The notes under the pieces were generated by a model, which was not told the origin of the DNA, made no database searches, and worked only from the letters and a program-made list of their open reading frames with translations. From an uncultured archaeon (GTDB taxonomy: Archaea > Nanobdellota > Nanobdellia > Pacearchaeales > GW2011-AR1): a DNA stretch of 64,000 nucleotides. Made by a program: the position numbers and the translations under genes. The stretch lies in the NCBI GenBank assembly GCA_903866625.1, contig CAIPOI010000005.1, positions 16,371-80,370 of the forward strand, in the 5' to 3' direction. Below are positions 37,702 through 47,400 of this stretch, in pieces (position 1 is the stretch's first letter; the number at the start of each line of letters is the position of its first letter).

Positions 37702-38919
37702 TTATAACCCTAATCTTTCTATAAACTTCTTTTTATTGAATAGTTCGAGATCTTCGTAAGCTTGACCAATTCCAAGATAAAGAATCGGCTTTTTTGTTAC
37801 AAATCCTATTGAAACAATTGTGCCACCTTTTTCATCAACATCAACTTTGCTTAGAATACTTCCATCTATGCCAATTAATTCATTGAAGGCTTTGGCTTGT
37901 TCTGTTGCATCATTACCAGAAACTGCTTCTGCAACAAAGACTTTTAGATTTGGTTGGGTAACTCTGCATATTTTTTCCATTTCTTTAAGAAGATTTTCTT
38001 TGGTGTGCATTCTGCCAGCAGTATCAATTAAAACCACATCAATTTTATTTTGTTCAGCATATTTTATTGCATCAAAAGCAACTGCGCTTGGGTCAGAACC
38101 ATAAGCATGTTTGATAACCTTTACACCAAGTTTGTTTCCATGAATTTCTAACTGTTCTATTGAAGCTGCTCTAAAAGTATCTGCTGCTGCTAAAATGCAA
38201 GATAGTTTATTTTTATTAAGTAGGTGGCAGAGTTTTGCTATGCTCGTAGTTTTTCCAGCTCCATTTATTCCGAAGAACAAAATTTTATATGGTTTTTTAG
38301 CTATTTTTTTGTATTCTTTAATTTGTTCAACTAAATTTTCTGGTTCTATTAAGATTTCTTTTATAGATCTCTTTAAAGATTCTTTTATTTCAAGTGCAAT
38401 CTTATCTTTTTTTAACTCTTTACCAACTAATTCTTTTTCTAGTTTTGTTTTTAGAGTTTCTACTACTTCTAGAGCAACATTGCTTTCTAGTAATAATAAT
38501 TCTAGCTCTTCAAAAATAGAATCAAAATTGCTTTGTGTGAGTGTATAAGAAAAAACTTTTTTTAATCTTTCAAAAAATCCAAGCTTTTTAGTTTCTTTTT
38601 GTTCTTCTTCACTTGTTCCTGCTTGTTTTTCAAGCTTTTCTACTTCTTCTTCAAGTTTTTCTTCAGGACTTTTTATTTCTGTGCCCTCTTCTTTTATGTC
38701 TGATACAACTTTTTGAGTGGTTATCCTTTCTTGTTCAAGTTCTTGTTTAGAACGCTTCTTTTTTTCAATCTTTATTTTTTCTTTTTTAATTGGCTCTTGC
38801 TTTGGAGTTTTATTTTTTTCTGGCTTTTCAGCTAATTCTTTCTTCTTGGCTTTAGTTTCGACTTCTTTTTTAGTTGAACCAATCCAATTCTTAAGTTTGT
38901 CTTTTAAAAATCCGAACAT
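37702..38919 (-). CDS. ftsY: SRP receptor FtsY
   Basis: GINGAGKTT, DTFRAA, DTAGR, SKVD; charged N-terminus. Confidence 0.97.
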   Translation of the reverse strand: MFGFLKDKLKNWIGSTKKEVETKAKKKELAEKPEKNKTPKQEPIKKEKIKIEKKKRSKQELEQERITTQKVVSDIKEEGTEIKSPEEKLEEEVEKLEKQAGTSEEEQKETKKLGFFERLKKVFSYTLTQSNFDSIFEELELLLLESNVALEVVETLKTKLEKELVGKELKKDKIALEIKESLKRSIKEILIEPENLVEQIKEYKKIAKKPYKILFFGINGAGKTTSIAKLCHLLNKNKLSCILAAADTFRAASIEQLEIHGNKLGVKVIKHAYGSDPSAVAFDAIKYAEQNKIDVVLIDTAGRMHTKENLLKEMEKICRVTQPNLKVFVAEAVSGNDATEQAKAFNELIGIDGSILSKVDVDEKGGTIVSIGFVTKKPILYLGIGQAYEDLELFNKKKFIERLGL

Positions 38920-38969
38920 GAGTATATATATGAACCAATATTTATAAATGTAAAGACTATTGTTTATGT

Positions 38970-39557
38970 ATGGTAAAAAAAGAGGTTTTTAAGATATATG
39001 TTTTTAGGCATGGTCAAACTATCTATAATAAAAATGGGATTTTTACTGGATGGAAGAACTCTAATCTAACTCCTTTGGGTATTAAACAGGCTAGAATTAT
39101 AGCTAAGAAACTTAAGAATAAACAGATAGATGTAGCATTTTATACTCGACTATCTAGAAGCAAGGATACTCTAAAAGAAGTTTTAAAATATCATCCTGAA
39201 TGTAAGAAAAAGATTAAAGATGATAGGATGATTGAACGTAGCTATGGTATTTTAGAAGGAACTTCTCATGAAGATTTTATTAAGAATACTGGTCAAAAAG
39301 AGTATACTGCTATTCACAGGGGGTTTAGTAGTAAAGTTTCTGGAGGAGAAAGCTTCTCAGATGTTGAAAAAAGAGTAAAATCTTTCATTAAGGATTTAAA
39401 AAAATTCATCAAAAAGAATAAAGTTAATGTTGTAATCTCTGCTCATGGAAATTCTATAAGATTGTTTAGGAAAATTATGGAACAAGCAAGTCAAAAACAA
39501 GCAATAGGCTGGGAAATTCCATATGATAATTATTTTGAGTATTCTATAAGTGTTTAG
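38970..39557 (+). CDS. gpmA: Histidine phosphatase / dPGM-type phosphoglycerate mutase
   Basis: RHGQT, FTGW, ERSYG, GES, AHGNSIR. Confidence 0.8.
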   Translation: MVKKEVFKIYVFRHGQTIYNKNGIFTGWKNSNLTPLGIKQARIIAKKLKNKQIDVAFYTRLSRSKDTLKEVLKYHPECKKKIKDDRMIERSYGILEGTSHEDFIKNTGQKEYTAIHRGFSSKVSGGESFSDVEKRVKSFIKDLKKFIKKNKVNVVISAHGNSIRLFRKIMEQASQKQAIGWEIPYDNYFEYSISV

Positions 39558-39608
39558 TTGATATTAGCATACAACAATACTTTTAAACTGATTTTAGTTG
39601 AGTTATCT

Positions 39609-40175
39609 ATGATAACCTATAACGACCTATATGAGGCCTTAAGAAAAGAGAGATATAGTGAGCAATTGCAACCTCTTATGAAAGATTTTGTTAGAGAAGT
39701 TGCAGGATATCTTAGAGAAAGAGAGAGTTTTTCTTCAGACACTAAAACTCTCTTTTCAGAAGAAAATCAAAAAAACAAAAAGCAATTAGAAAATGCTATC
39801 TCTATATTTAAAGAACTTATTTTAAGAAGAAAGAAGAAACTTTTAGATTTGGCTTTTATTAGTGCTGAAACGGGGATAAGTAAAAGAGATTTTGATAATA
39901 TGCTCTCTTTTGAAAGAGAAATTTTCGATAAGATTATGAAGGCTATTAATGAGGGAGATAAAGTTATGGAAAAACTTTTGAGTGGGGGCGATGAAAATCC
40001 TGAAAGTGCTGGACAGAAAAATAAGTTTATTATGTTTAAGCAAGATACTGATGAATTTTTGGATTTAGAAGGAAATAAGCTCGGGCCATTTAAGAAAGGA
40101 GATATTGTTAACATTCCTCAAGAAATTGCGAATATTCTTATTGTAGATAATAAGGCAGATCCTATTGAAGAATAA
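39609..40175 (+). CDS. GINS subunit (Gins51-type)
   Basis: LRKERYSEQLQPL, RRKKKLL, C-terminal GPFKKGDIVNIP B-domain. Confidence 0.85.
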   Translation: MITYNDLYEALRKERYSEQLQPLMKDFVREVAGYLRERESFSSDTKTLFSEENQKNKKQLENAISIFKELILRRKKKLLDLAFISAETGISKRDFDNMLSFEREIFDKIMKAINEGDKVMEKLLSGGDENPESAGQKNKFIMFKQDTDEFLDLEGNKLGPFKKGDIVNIPQEIANILIVDNKADPIEE

Positions 40176-40811
40176 TCATTCTCTTTCTCCAAATAAAATT
40201 TTTCCAAGTCTTATGTTTGTTGAGCCTTCTTTGATTGCTAATAAATAGTCTTTACTCATACCCATAGAAAGCTCCTTTAGACCAAACTCTTTCTTTAGCT
40301 CGTTCATTTTTTTAAAGCAACTTTCTCTGTTATCTACTTTTACTATAGTCATTAGTCCTAGAAGGTTTAGGTTTTTGAGTTTTTTTATTATTTTTATTAA
40401 GTTAGACAAGTTTTCAATTGCTATACCTGATTTCTGTTCTTCTCCGAAATTTATTTCAATAAATACTTCCATTATTTTGTTTATTTTTTGACATTCTTTA
40501 TTAACTTTTATCGCAATTTTTTCAGAGTCAATAGTCTCTATACAATCAAATATTTTTACAGCAGTTTTAACTTTGTTTGACTGAAGGTGGCCTATTAGAT
40601 GAAATGAAATGAGGTTATCTTTAAAGAAGTGTTTTAATATTTTATATTTTTCTTCTGCTTCTTGAACATAATTTTCTCCTATTATTTTTATTCCAGCTTT
40701 TATTGCTTGTTTTATATCTTCTATAGATTTTGTTTTTGTTACTGCTATAATTTTTACTTGGTTGGGAATTTCTGTTTTTATTTGATTGTATGCATCTTGA
40801 TTGAACATCAT
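40176..40811 (-). CDS. yggS: YggS/PLPBP pyridoxal phosphate homeostasis protein
   Basis: AVTK, GENYVQE, HLIGHLQSNK, LSMGMSKDY. Confidence 0.93.
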   Translation of the reverse strand: MMFNQDAYNQIKTEIPNQVKIIAVTKTKSIEDIKQAIKAGIKIIGENYVQEAEEKYKILKHFFKDNLISFHLIGHLQSNKVKTAVKIFDCIETIDSEKIAIKVNKECQKINKIMEVFIEINFGEEQKSGIAIENLSNLIKIIKKLKNLNLLGLMTIVKVDNRESCFKKMNELKKEFGLKELSMGMSKDYLLAIKEGSTNIRLGKILFGERE

Positions 40812-40841
40812 CTTTCTAATATTCTTAAAAATATAAAGTTA

Positions 40842-40952
40842 AGCCTTCAGAGGGATTCGAACCCCCGACCCCCGGTTATTTTGAAGGTTTTTTGATAATT
40901 TTTCCAAAAAACCCCTTACAAAACCGATGCTCTACCACTGAGCTATGAAGGC
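40842..40952 (-). tRNA. tRNA-Thr(TGT) with 39-nt intron at 37/38 (40878-40916)
   Basis: Exons join to a 72-nt cloverleaf TCGGT-TT TGT A^A-ACCGG; intron forms a hairpin. Confidence 0.9.
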
Positions 40953-41001
40953 ATAAGTAGATAGGGAATAAGGGGTTTAAAAGATTAATTGTTCTTAATA
41001 A

Positions 41002-41511
41002 TTAAGCCCAAATACGAACCTCTTGGGTCTTTTCTTGCTTTTTTATTGGGTAAATTGTCTCAGTTAATTCTTCTGGAGAGAACCATAGTTGAATCTCGCG
41101 TTTTGCATTGTCTTCAGAATCTGAAGCATGAATCACATTTTCAAAAACTCCTGTTTTGGAATTTATCCTTCCATATTTGCCTCTAATGCTTGTTGGATCT
41201 GCATCTTCAGGATTTGTAGATCCTGCTATTTCTCTTATTTTTTTTATTGCATTTTCTCCCTGATAAACTAGGGCTAAAACTCGATTGGTATGAAAATCTC
41301 CCTGTATGTACTTTAATACACTTTCAAAAACCTGAGGTTTTTGTTTTTTTAAATCAGAATAATGTACTTCTGCAAGTTCTCTTTTTACAGATACTATTTT
41401 AGCACCAACAATTTTAAGTTTTGTTTCTGAAAGCGCAGAGATTATATTTCCTGTTAAAGACTTAACGAGACCGTCGGGCTTTATTAAAACAAGGCATTGT
41501 TGAACGGCCAT
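41002..41511 (-). CDS. ndk: Nucleoside diphosphate kinase
   Basis: IKPDG, GSTNP, SIRG, NVIHASDS. Confidence 0.97.
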   Translation of the reverse strand: MAVQQCLVLIKPDGLVKSLTGNIISALSETKLKIVGAKIVSVKRELAEVHYSDLKKQKPQVFESVLKYIQGDFHTNRVLALVYQGENAIKKIREIAGSTNPEDADPTSIRGKYGRINSKTGVFENVIHASDSEDNAKREIQLWFSPEELTETIYPIKKQEKTQEVRIWA

Positions 41512-41518
41512 TTTAAAA

Positions 41519-42058
41519 TTATTTTTTTAGAGCTTTTTTTAACTCAAATATACGTATTTCACAGATTGCAAGTGGATAGACTTTTTTCAATTTTGTTGCA
41601 AGTTGTTTTTGCATTTGGTTTGATAATATTTCTTGAAATACATCGTTATCGGTTTTTGTTTTTAGGTAGTCTACAATCCAATTTTTAGCAGAATTTCTTA
41701 GAGTTTTTCTTACGGCTCTTGAAACTTTTTTTCTTGTTATTAAAAAGGGTTTGATAACTACTGAGCTGTCTAATGTTTCGGCATTAAAAGAATCTTCAAC
41801 ATAATCAATTCCAGTATGTAACATATGTTTTATAAAATAAGGTAATAAAACTAGTTTTCTTGGTTCTGCGATTGCTTTGTGTTCGCTAACTTTTATTTCA
41901 AAAACCAAATCCACGTTTTTTCCTCTTAATTTTCTTGTAGCATCTACTTTTATCCTTCTTCCATTAAGGTTTTCTATCAAGCCATTATAGGCTTCATATT
42001 TTTCTTGCAGTAAAGGAATATCCACTTCAAAGAACTTTTTTTTGAAAACTTTAACCAT
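41519..42058 (-). CDS. rps3ae: 30S ribosomal protein S3Ae (eS1)
   Basis: KKVYPLAICEIR C-terminal motif, GIDYVEDSF. Confidence 0.85.
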   Translation of the reverse strand: MVKVFKKKFFEVDIPLLQEKYEAYNGLIENLNGRRIKVDATRKLRGKNVDLVFEIKVSEHKAIAEPRKLVLLPYFIKHMLHTGIDYVEDSFNAETLDSSVVIKPFLITRKKVSRAVRKTLRNSAKNWIVDYLKTKTDNDVFQEILSNQMQKQLATKLKKVYPLAICEIRIFELKKALKK

Positions 42059-42059
42059 C

Positions 42060-42365
42060 TTATTCGAAAACTATTTTGCTTACCCTCCTTGAGCGAGCAT
42101 GAGTACTTTTTTTACATTTTTGACAGGTATAAATCAAGACTTTTCTTGTTGTTGTTTTGGTTTTCATTTTTCTAGATTTTACTGCTCTTTTACTATAACG
42201 ACCTTTATTGCCTGTTCCTGGAAAAGAACCACGCATCTTTGCTCTTGTTAAAGAACCCCATTTAAGAGTTCCTCTTTTATGTCCTGTTGAAACTAAGTCT
42301 ATTTTTTGTTCTGTATGTTCATCGCAACTCGGGCAATATCTTTTTGTTTTTCTTGGTAATTTCAT
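42060..42365 (-). CDS. rpl44e: 50S ribosomal protein L44e
   Basis: MKLPRKTKRYCPSCDEHTEQK...CQKCKK. Confidence 0.93.
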   Translation of the reverse strand: MKLPRKTKRYCPSCDEHTEQKIDLVSTGHKRGTLKWGSLTRAKMRGSFPGTGNKGRYSKRAVKSRKMKTKTTTRKVLIYTCQKCKKSTHARSRRVSKIVFE

Positions 42366-42451
42366 ATTATAACTCCCAGATTTAATCTGGATATAAAATA
42401 GTTCAATAAGATAGGTATTTAAAGATTATTGTTTGTGCTTTTTTAAGCTTA

Positions 42452-42522
42452 GGGCCCATAGGCTAGTGGCAAACTGTGTCCTTGACATGGACAAGTCCCA
42501 AGTTCGATTCTTGGTGGGCCCA
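42452..42522 (+). tRNA. tRNA-Val(GAC)
   Basis: GGGCCCA acceptor; TGTCC-TT GAC AT-GGACA. Confidence 0.93.
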
Positions 42523-42575
42523 TTGAAGACATATTTTTCAGAAAGTTTATATATGCTATTTTCATTTGTTTATCT

Positions 42576-44474
42576 ATGCAAAAAAGAGAAAAGGGGCGGT
42601 CTGGACAAATTACGGTTTTTGTTATTACTGCTTTGATTATTGTGGTTGTAATTTCTTTATTTTTTGCGTTTAAAGATAGTATTTTTCCTGTTTCAGTTCC
42701 TGCAGAAATATCTCCAGTTTATAGTTATTATGTTTCTTGTGTGAATGGTTTATTAGAAGATGGTATAAAAATTGCAGAAAGTAAGGCAGGTTATATAGAA
42801 AATCCTGAATTTGAACAAGGGACTAGATATGCTCCCTTTGGATCCGAACTTAATTTTTTAGGGCAAGGAGTTCCATATTGGTATACTATTTCGGGAAATG
42901 GTTTAGTTAAAGAAAATATTCCTACAAAAATCCAAATAGAACAACAATTAAATAATTATCTTCAGCAAGAGATTTCTAAATGTGTTCTTGATTCTTTTGT
43001 TGCTCAGGGATATAATATAAGTCTTGGAGAGAGTAAATTTAAAACTTCAATACAATCTACTCAAATTAATTCTAAAGTTAGCCAGAAAATTGCAATTTCT
43101 TATGCGGATAAAAATTTTGTTATAAACGGATTTGATTTGAAAGTTTCAAGTTCCTTCAGTAGTTTATATGATTTGGCAAAACAGATTTATAGTTATGAAA
43201 AATCCTCGATGTTTTTAGAAAACTATAGTTTGGATGTTTTGAATACTTATGCACCAGTTTCTGGAATTGAGATAAATTGTTCTCCTGTAGTTTGGCAACC
43301 TCATGAGGTTTTCACTAATCTAAGAAAAGGTTTAGAGACAAATCTGCAGCTATTAAGGTTTTCTGGAGACTATTATACTAATGTTAATCCTTATTTTGTT
43401 GTTAAAAATTCTAATATAAAACTTAATGGGAAACAAGTTAATTTTGCTTATTCTTCAGATTGGGCTTCAAGATTTGAAGTATGGCCTACTCAAAATAATC
43501 TTATGGTTGCAAATCCAATTGGTAGTCAGGTAGGCTTAAATGCGATGGGCTTTTGTTATGCACCCTACAAATTTGTTTATGATATGTATTTTCCAGTTAT
43601 GATTCAGATATATAACTCTGATTTAATGGAGTTCTTCCAATTTCCTGTTGCAGTAGTAATAAATAAAAATGTTGCAAGAGAGAGTTTAAGTTCTGAATCT
43701 ATAGAGCCTGCACAAAGTGTTTGTAATAATGCTAATGTAAACCTTTCGATTAATACTTATGATATTAATTTAAATCCTGTAGAGTCTAGCATTAGCTTTA
43801 GATGCTTAACTGATAGTTGTAGTCTCGGAAGCACAAAAATAAATTCTATAACTAATTTATCTTCCTTAACCATACTTGCCCCGCAATGTGTTAATGGGGT
43901 TTTAGTTGCTCAAGCAAACGGATACAAACAAGTAAAATATGTTATTTCTACTAATGAAGAAGATAGTGCAGATATAATACTTGAAAGAGAATATAATCTG
44001 CCTTTGGAAATTTATGTAGATGGAAAATCTGTTGAAGAAAGTTCGGTTTTAATTATAAGCCAAAATGTTGGTGGTAAAGAACAGGTTGTTGATTCTATTA
44101 GCTATCCTTTTACTAAAAAGATTAAGTTAAGTGAAGGGGAATATAGCTTTGATTTGAAAGTATTTGGTTCGGGTTCTTTAACTATTCCTGCTACAACTAC
44201 TAAACAATGTGTAAGTATTCCCCAAGATAATATTTTGGGTGCTCTTGGATTTGATCAAGAACAATGCACTGAAATTACTACTCCAAGCCAGACTCTAAGC
44301 AATATTCCTCATGCTGGTGGAAAGCAAACAATTTATATTTCGGAAAGTGAATTAGCAGGGGCTAATAAGTTTAGAATATTAAGTTCAAGTATAAAAACTC
44401 CTACTTCTATTCAAGAAGTTCAGGATAGTTATGCTCTGATTGAAGAGAAAGCTTTAGATATACAAACAGCATAA
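42576..44474 (+). CDS. Large surface protein with class III (pilin-type) signal
   Basis: KGRSG|QITVFVITALIIVVVI; beta-rich, Cys-containing ectodomain. Confidence 0.8.
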   Translation: MQKREKGRSGQITVFVITALIIVVVISLFFAFKDSIFPVSVPAEISPVYSYYVSCVNGLLEDGIKIAESKAGYIENPEFEQGTRYAPFGSELNFLGQGVPYWYTISGNGLVKENIPTKIQIEQQLNNYLQQEISKCVLDSFVAQGYNISLGESKFKTSIQSTQINSKVSQKIAISYADKNFVINGFDLKVSSSFSSLYDLAKQIYSYEKSSMFLENYSLDVLNTYAPVSGIEINCSPVVWQPHEVFTNLRKGLETNLQLLRFSGDYYTNVNPYFVVKNSNIKLNGKQVNFAYSSDWASRFEVWPTQNNLMVANPIGSQVGLNAMGFCYAPYKFVYDMYFPVMIQIYNSDLMEFFQFPVAVVINKNVARESLSSESIEPAQSVCNNANVNLSINTYDINLNPVESSISFRCLTDSCSLGSTKINSITNLSSLTILAPQCVNGVLVAQANGYKQVKYVISTNEEDSADIILEREYNLPLEIYVDGKSVEESSVLIISQNVGGKEQVVDSISYPFTKKIKLSEGEYSFDLKVFGSGSLTIPATTTKQCVSIPQDNILGALGFDQEQCTEITTPSQTLSNIPHAGGKQTIYISESELAGANKFRILSSSIKTPTSIQEVQDSYALIEEKALDIQTA

Positions 44475-44486
44475 TAAAATAATAAG

Positions 44487-47400
44487 ATGTGCGAAAAAAA
44501 AGAAGGCAGAGTCTTAGCAATTTATTTAGCTTTGGCTTTATTGTTTTTATCTTTTATTTTTTCTTTAAGTTCAATTTCTGCAGAAACTTATACTTCTGGA
44601 TTTTCTGGAACTGGCGGAAGTTTTAGTGAAGTTAATACTAATTACTTCTCAAGTTATAGTTCTAGCTTGAGCAGTTTTGGAGGATTTGGTTCTTATCTTT
44701 CTGGTCCTCAATATCGTGCTACAGATAATAGTGGTTTTTTTGATATGGAAGTTTTTATTCCGCCATTAGGATGTCAACCTTACGTTGTTAGAAGTGATTT
44801 GCTAGAAGAGCAAAATGTTCCTGTTTTTTGTAAATTAACTCCTTTAAAGATTAATCCTGGAATTGATATTACTCGAATAGAAAATATAGCTGTAACTCAA
44901 AAAACTTCTAATCCATATGTTGCGGGGGTTGGATTTTATCCTGCTCGAGCTGCACTTGGTTCTTCAAGTAAATTTGTAAATAATCCTACTTCAGATAATA
45001 TTGGTTATGTAGTGGTTGTTCTAAAGAGACAGGCTACAGAAAATCAAATGCCTGATAATGTTACAGTTACTCTTAGCGCACAATTAAGATATGGTGCAAA
45101 TTATGCTTTTGGAATTGGAGAGAATGAATTTTATCTTCCTGTTATGAGTGATAGTGATTTTGCCAATAATTATAAGGGTTATTCTTTCTTTGATGGTGTT
45201 GGTTATCTTAGAGCAGAAAGCATTAATACTAATTCAGCAGTTATAGCAGTTTATACTTCTGATCAAATAAAAGCTTTTAGTGATAGTATTGAAAAGGGTA
45301 AGACCTCTAAAGATATTTATTTGCCTACGGGAACTGGCGGACAAGGAATGAGGATAAATCTTAAAGAAATTACAGTTCCAGAAACAAAAGCTAAGATAAA
45401 AGTTAATGGGAAATATTATGAGGTTTATAATGGAAATAGTTTTGCAGATGGTAAATGCAGAATTTCTTCAATTGCTTCTTATGGTGCTGGAACTGGATAT
45501 GTAAGTTTTTATTGCGGTAGTGAAAAGTTTACACTAACTAAAAACTTTGGGAAGGTTAAGCTTTCTTTTGCTTCAACCAGTGGGGAAACAAATAAAGAAT
45601 ATAATATTGGTGAAGAAATTTTAGATGTTTCAAGTGATTTTGGCAAGCATCTTTATCCGGTTTATATTGGCTCAATAAGTTCAGTAGGAAGTGCTACAGA
45701 AAAAAATAGTTATGCAGTAATTGCTTCAAGTGATAGTATTTTAACTAATGATCAGATAACTAATTTAAGAGTTGAGGTAAGTAATTTAGTTTCAAGAATT
45801 TCTAAGGATAGTAGTTTAGGTAGTATTGTTGAGCAAATTAGCAAGCAAAGTCTTTCTGGAGCAAAACTTTATGGTGTTCTTAGTGGCAATAAAATAGTAA
45901 TTTCAAGTAATGACATTAAAAAAACCTTGGATATAACTTATATCGGTCAAGAAAATAATGATATAAAAATAACTCCTTCTAGTGCAGAAGAATATTATTT
46001 GAAAGCAAAAAAATATTATGAATATGTTAAGTCAACTTATTCTGGAGAGATAAACAATATTAATAATCAGATGGATATGCCTTGGGTTTCAACTGATCAG
46101 CAGTTTGGAGCAGATAGTTTATGGGAACAGTATAATCTTGCTAGCACATTTAATCAAAAACAAGAAGCAAAGAGTTTGCTTTCAAGAATCGTTAATGATT
46201 ATCCAACTGCTTCAAATAAAATTTCTTCAACAAATGTAAAAACTGCTCAGGAACTTCTTAATACAGATGATCTACTAAGCACAGAAGGTTCTACAGATTA
46301 TTCTAAGACTCAAGATTTAAGCTTTCAACTGGTAGGAGTTGAAAGGCCAAGTGAAGATGAGGCAAGTGTAAAAATAGATTATACTGACGCTAAGCAAAGA
46401 TTAACTAAAGTTCTTAGAAAGGGTGATGTTTGGGAGATTGGAGATGAAAGAAAAACAAAAGTTACTCTTAATGATTTTAGTCAGACCCAAGCTACAGTAA
46501 GTTATAAGTGCGAGAGAAAGGATGTTAGTGGAAAGACTGCTTCAAGCCCCTCAGGTCAAAAAACTCTTAATGAAAAACAAGTTATGGCTTTAGAGAATTG
46601 TGATTCTCAAGTCCAGATTAGTAAAATAAATCTTCAGCAGGTTGCTCATGTAACTTTAACACCCATGGTTGATGGAAGAAGCAGAGAGACTAATTTTACA
46701 TTTTCAATTGGTATAGAAAAAAGAGCAGACTTGTTTAAGACTACTCCTGAAGAAGCAAATAAACAAATTGAAGAATTAAACGATTTAATTAATGAGTTCA
46801 AGAATATTACAGATAGTCTTGGAACCGTAATTAAAGCAGGAAAAGCAGCTTGCCTTGCTACTTCTGCAGTTATTAATCTTAAAAATTTAGTTTCTGGAAC
46901 AGAGGGAGAAGCAACTGCTCGAAAGCAAGTTATGACTGGTGTTTGGAATGATATTTGCGCGACTGAAGTTGCTAATAAAAAATATTCAAGTGAAGAAGAG
47001 TGTATTTCTGCTAAGACTAGTGATAAGACTATACCTAATGAGATTGATGCTGCGCAAAAAATTATGTCTGATTTTAATACTCTAGACGAAAAATCTATGA
47101 AAGAAGCTAAGGATAAAAATGGGATAATCAGTAATGATAGAGCTAAAGAAGCAGAACTTAAACCTCTTATTGAGTTTGTTAAGACAAAAAATATTCAAGT
47201 TAAAGATGAAGCAGGAAATACCAAAGATAACAGTTATATTAATACACAATTAGGAAAAACTGCAGAATTTAGTTATAGCGAAGTTGCACAGGTTAATTAT
47301 AATCTCAGAATGATTGCGGTAGCAAGTGATAAATCTAAAGAAGCTTATCAAAAAGCAGCATATTCTATTTTGAAGGCTGTTGAGGATAGATGGAATTCCC

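Noticed and set aside
42433..42636. 67-aa ORF
   Set aside because: Overlaps tRNA-Val; spurious.
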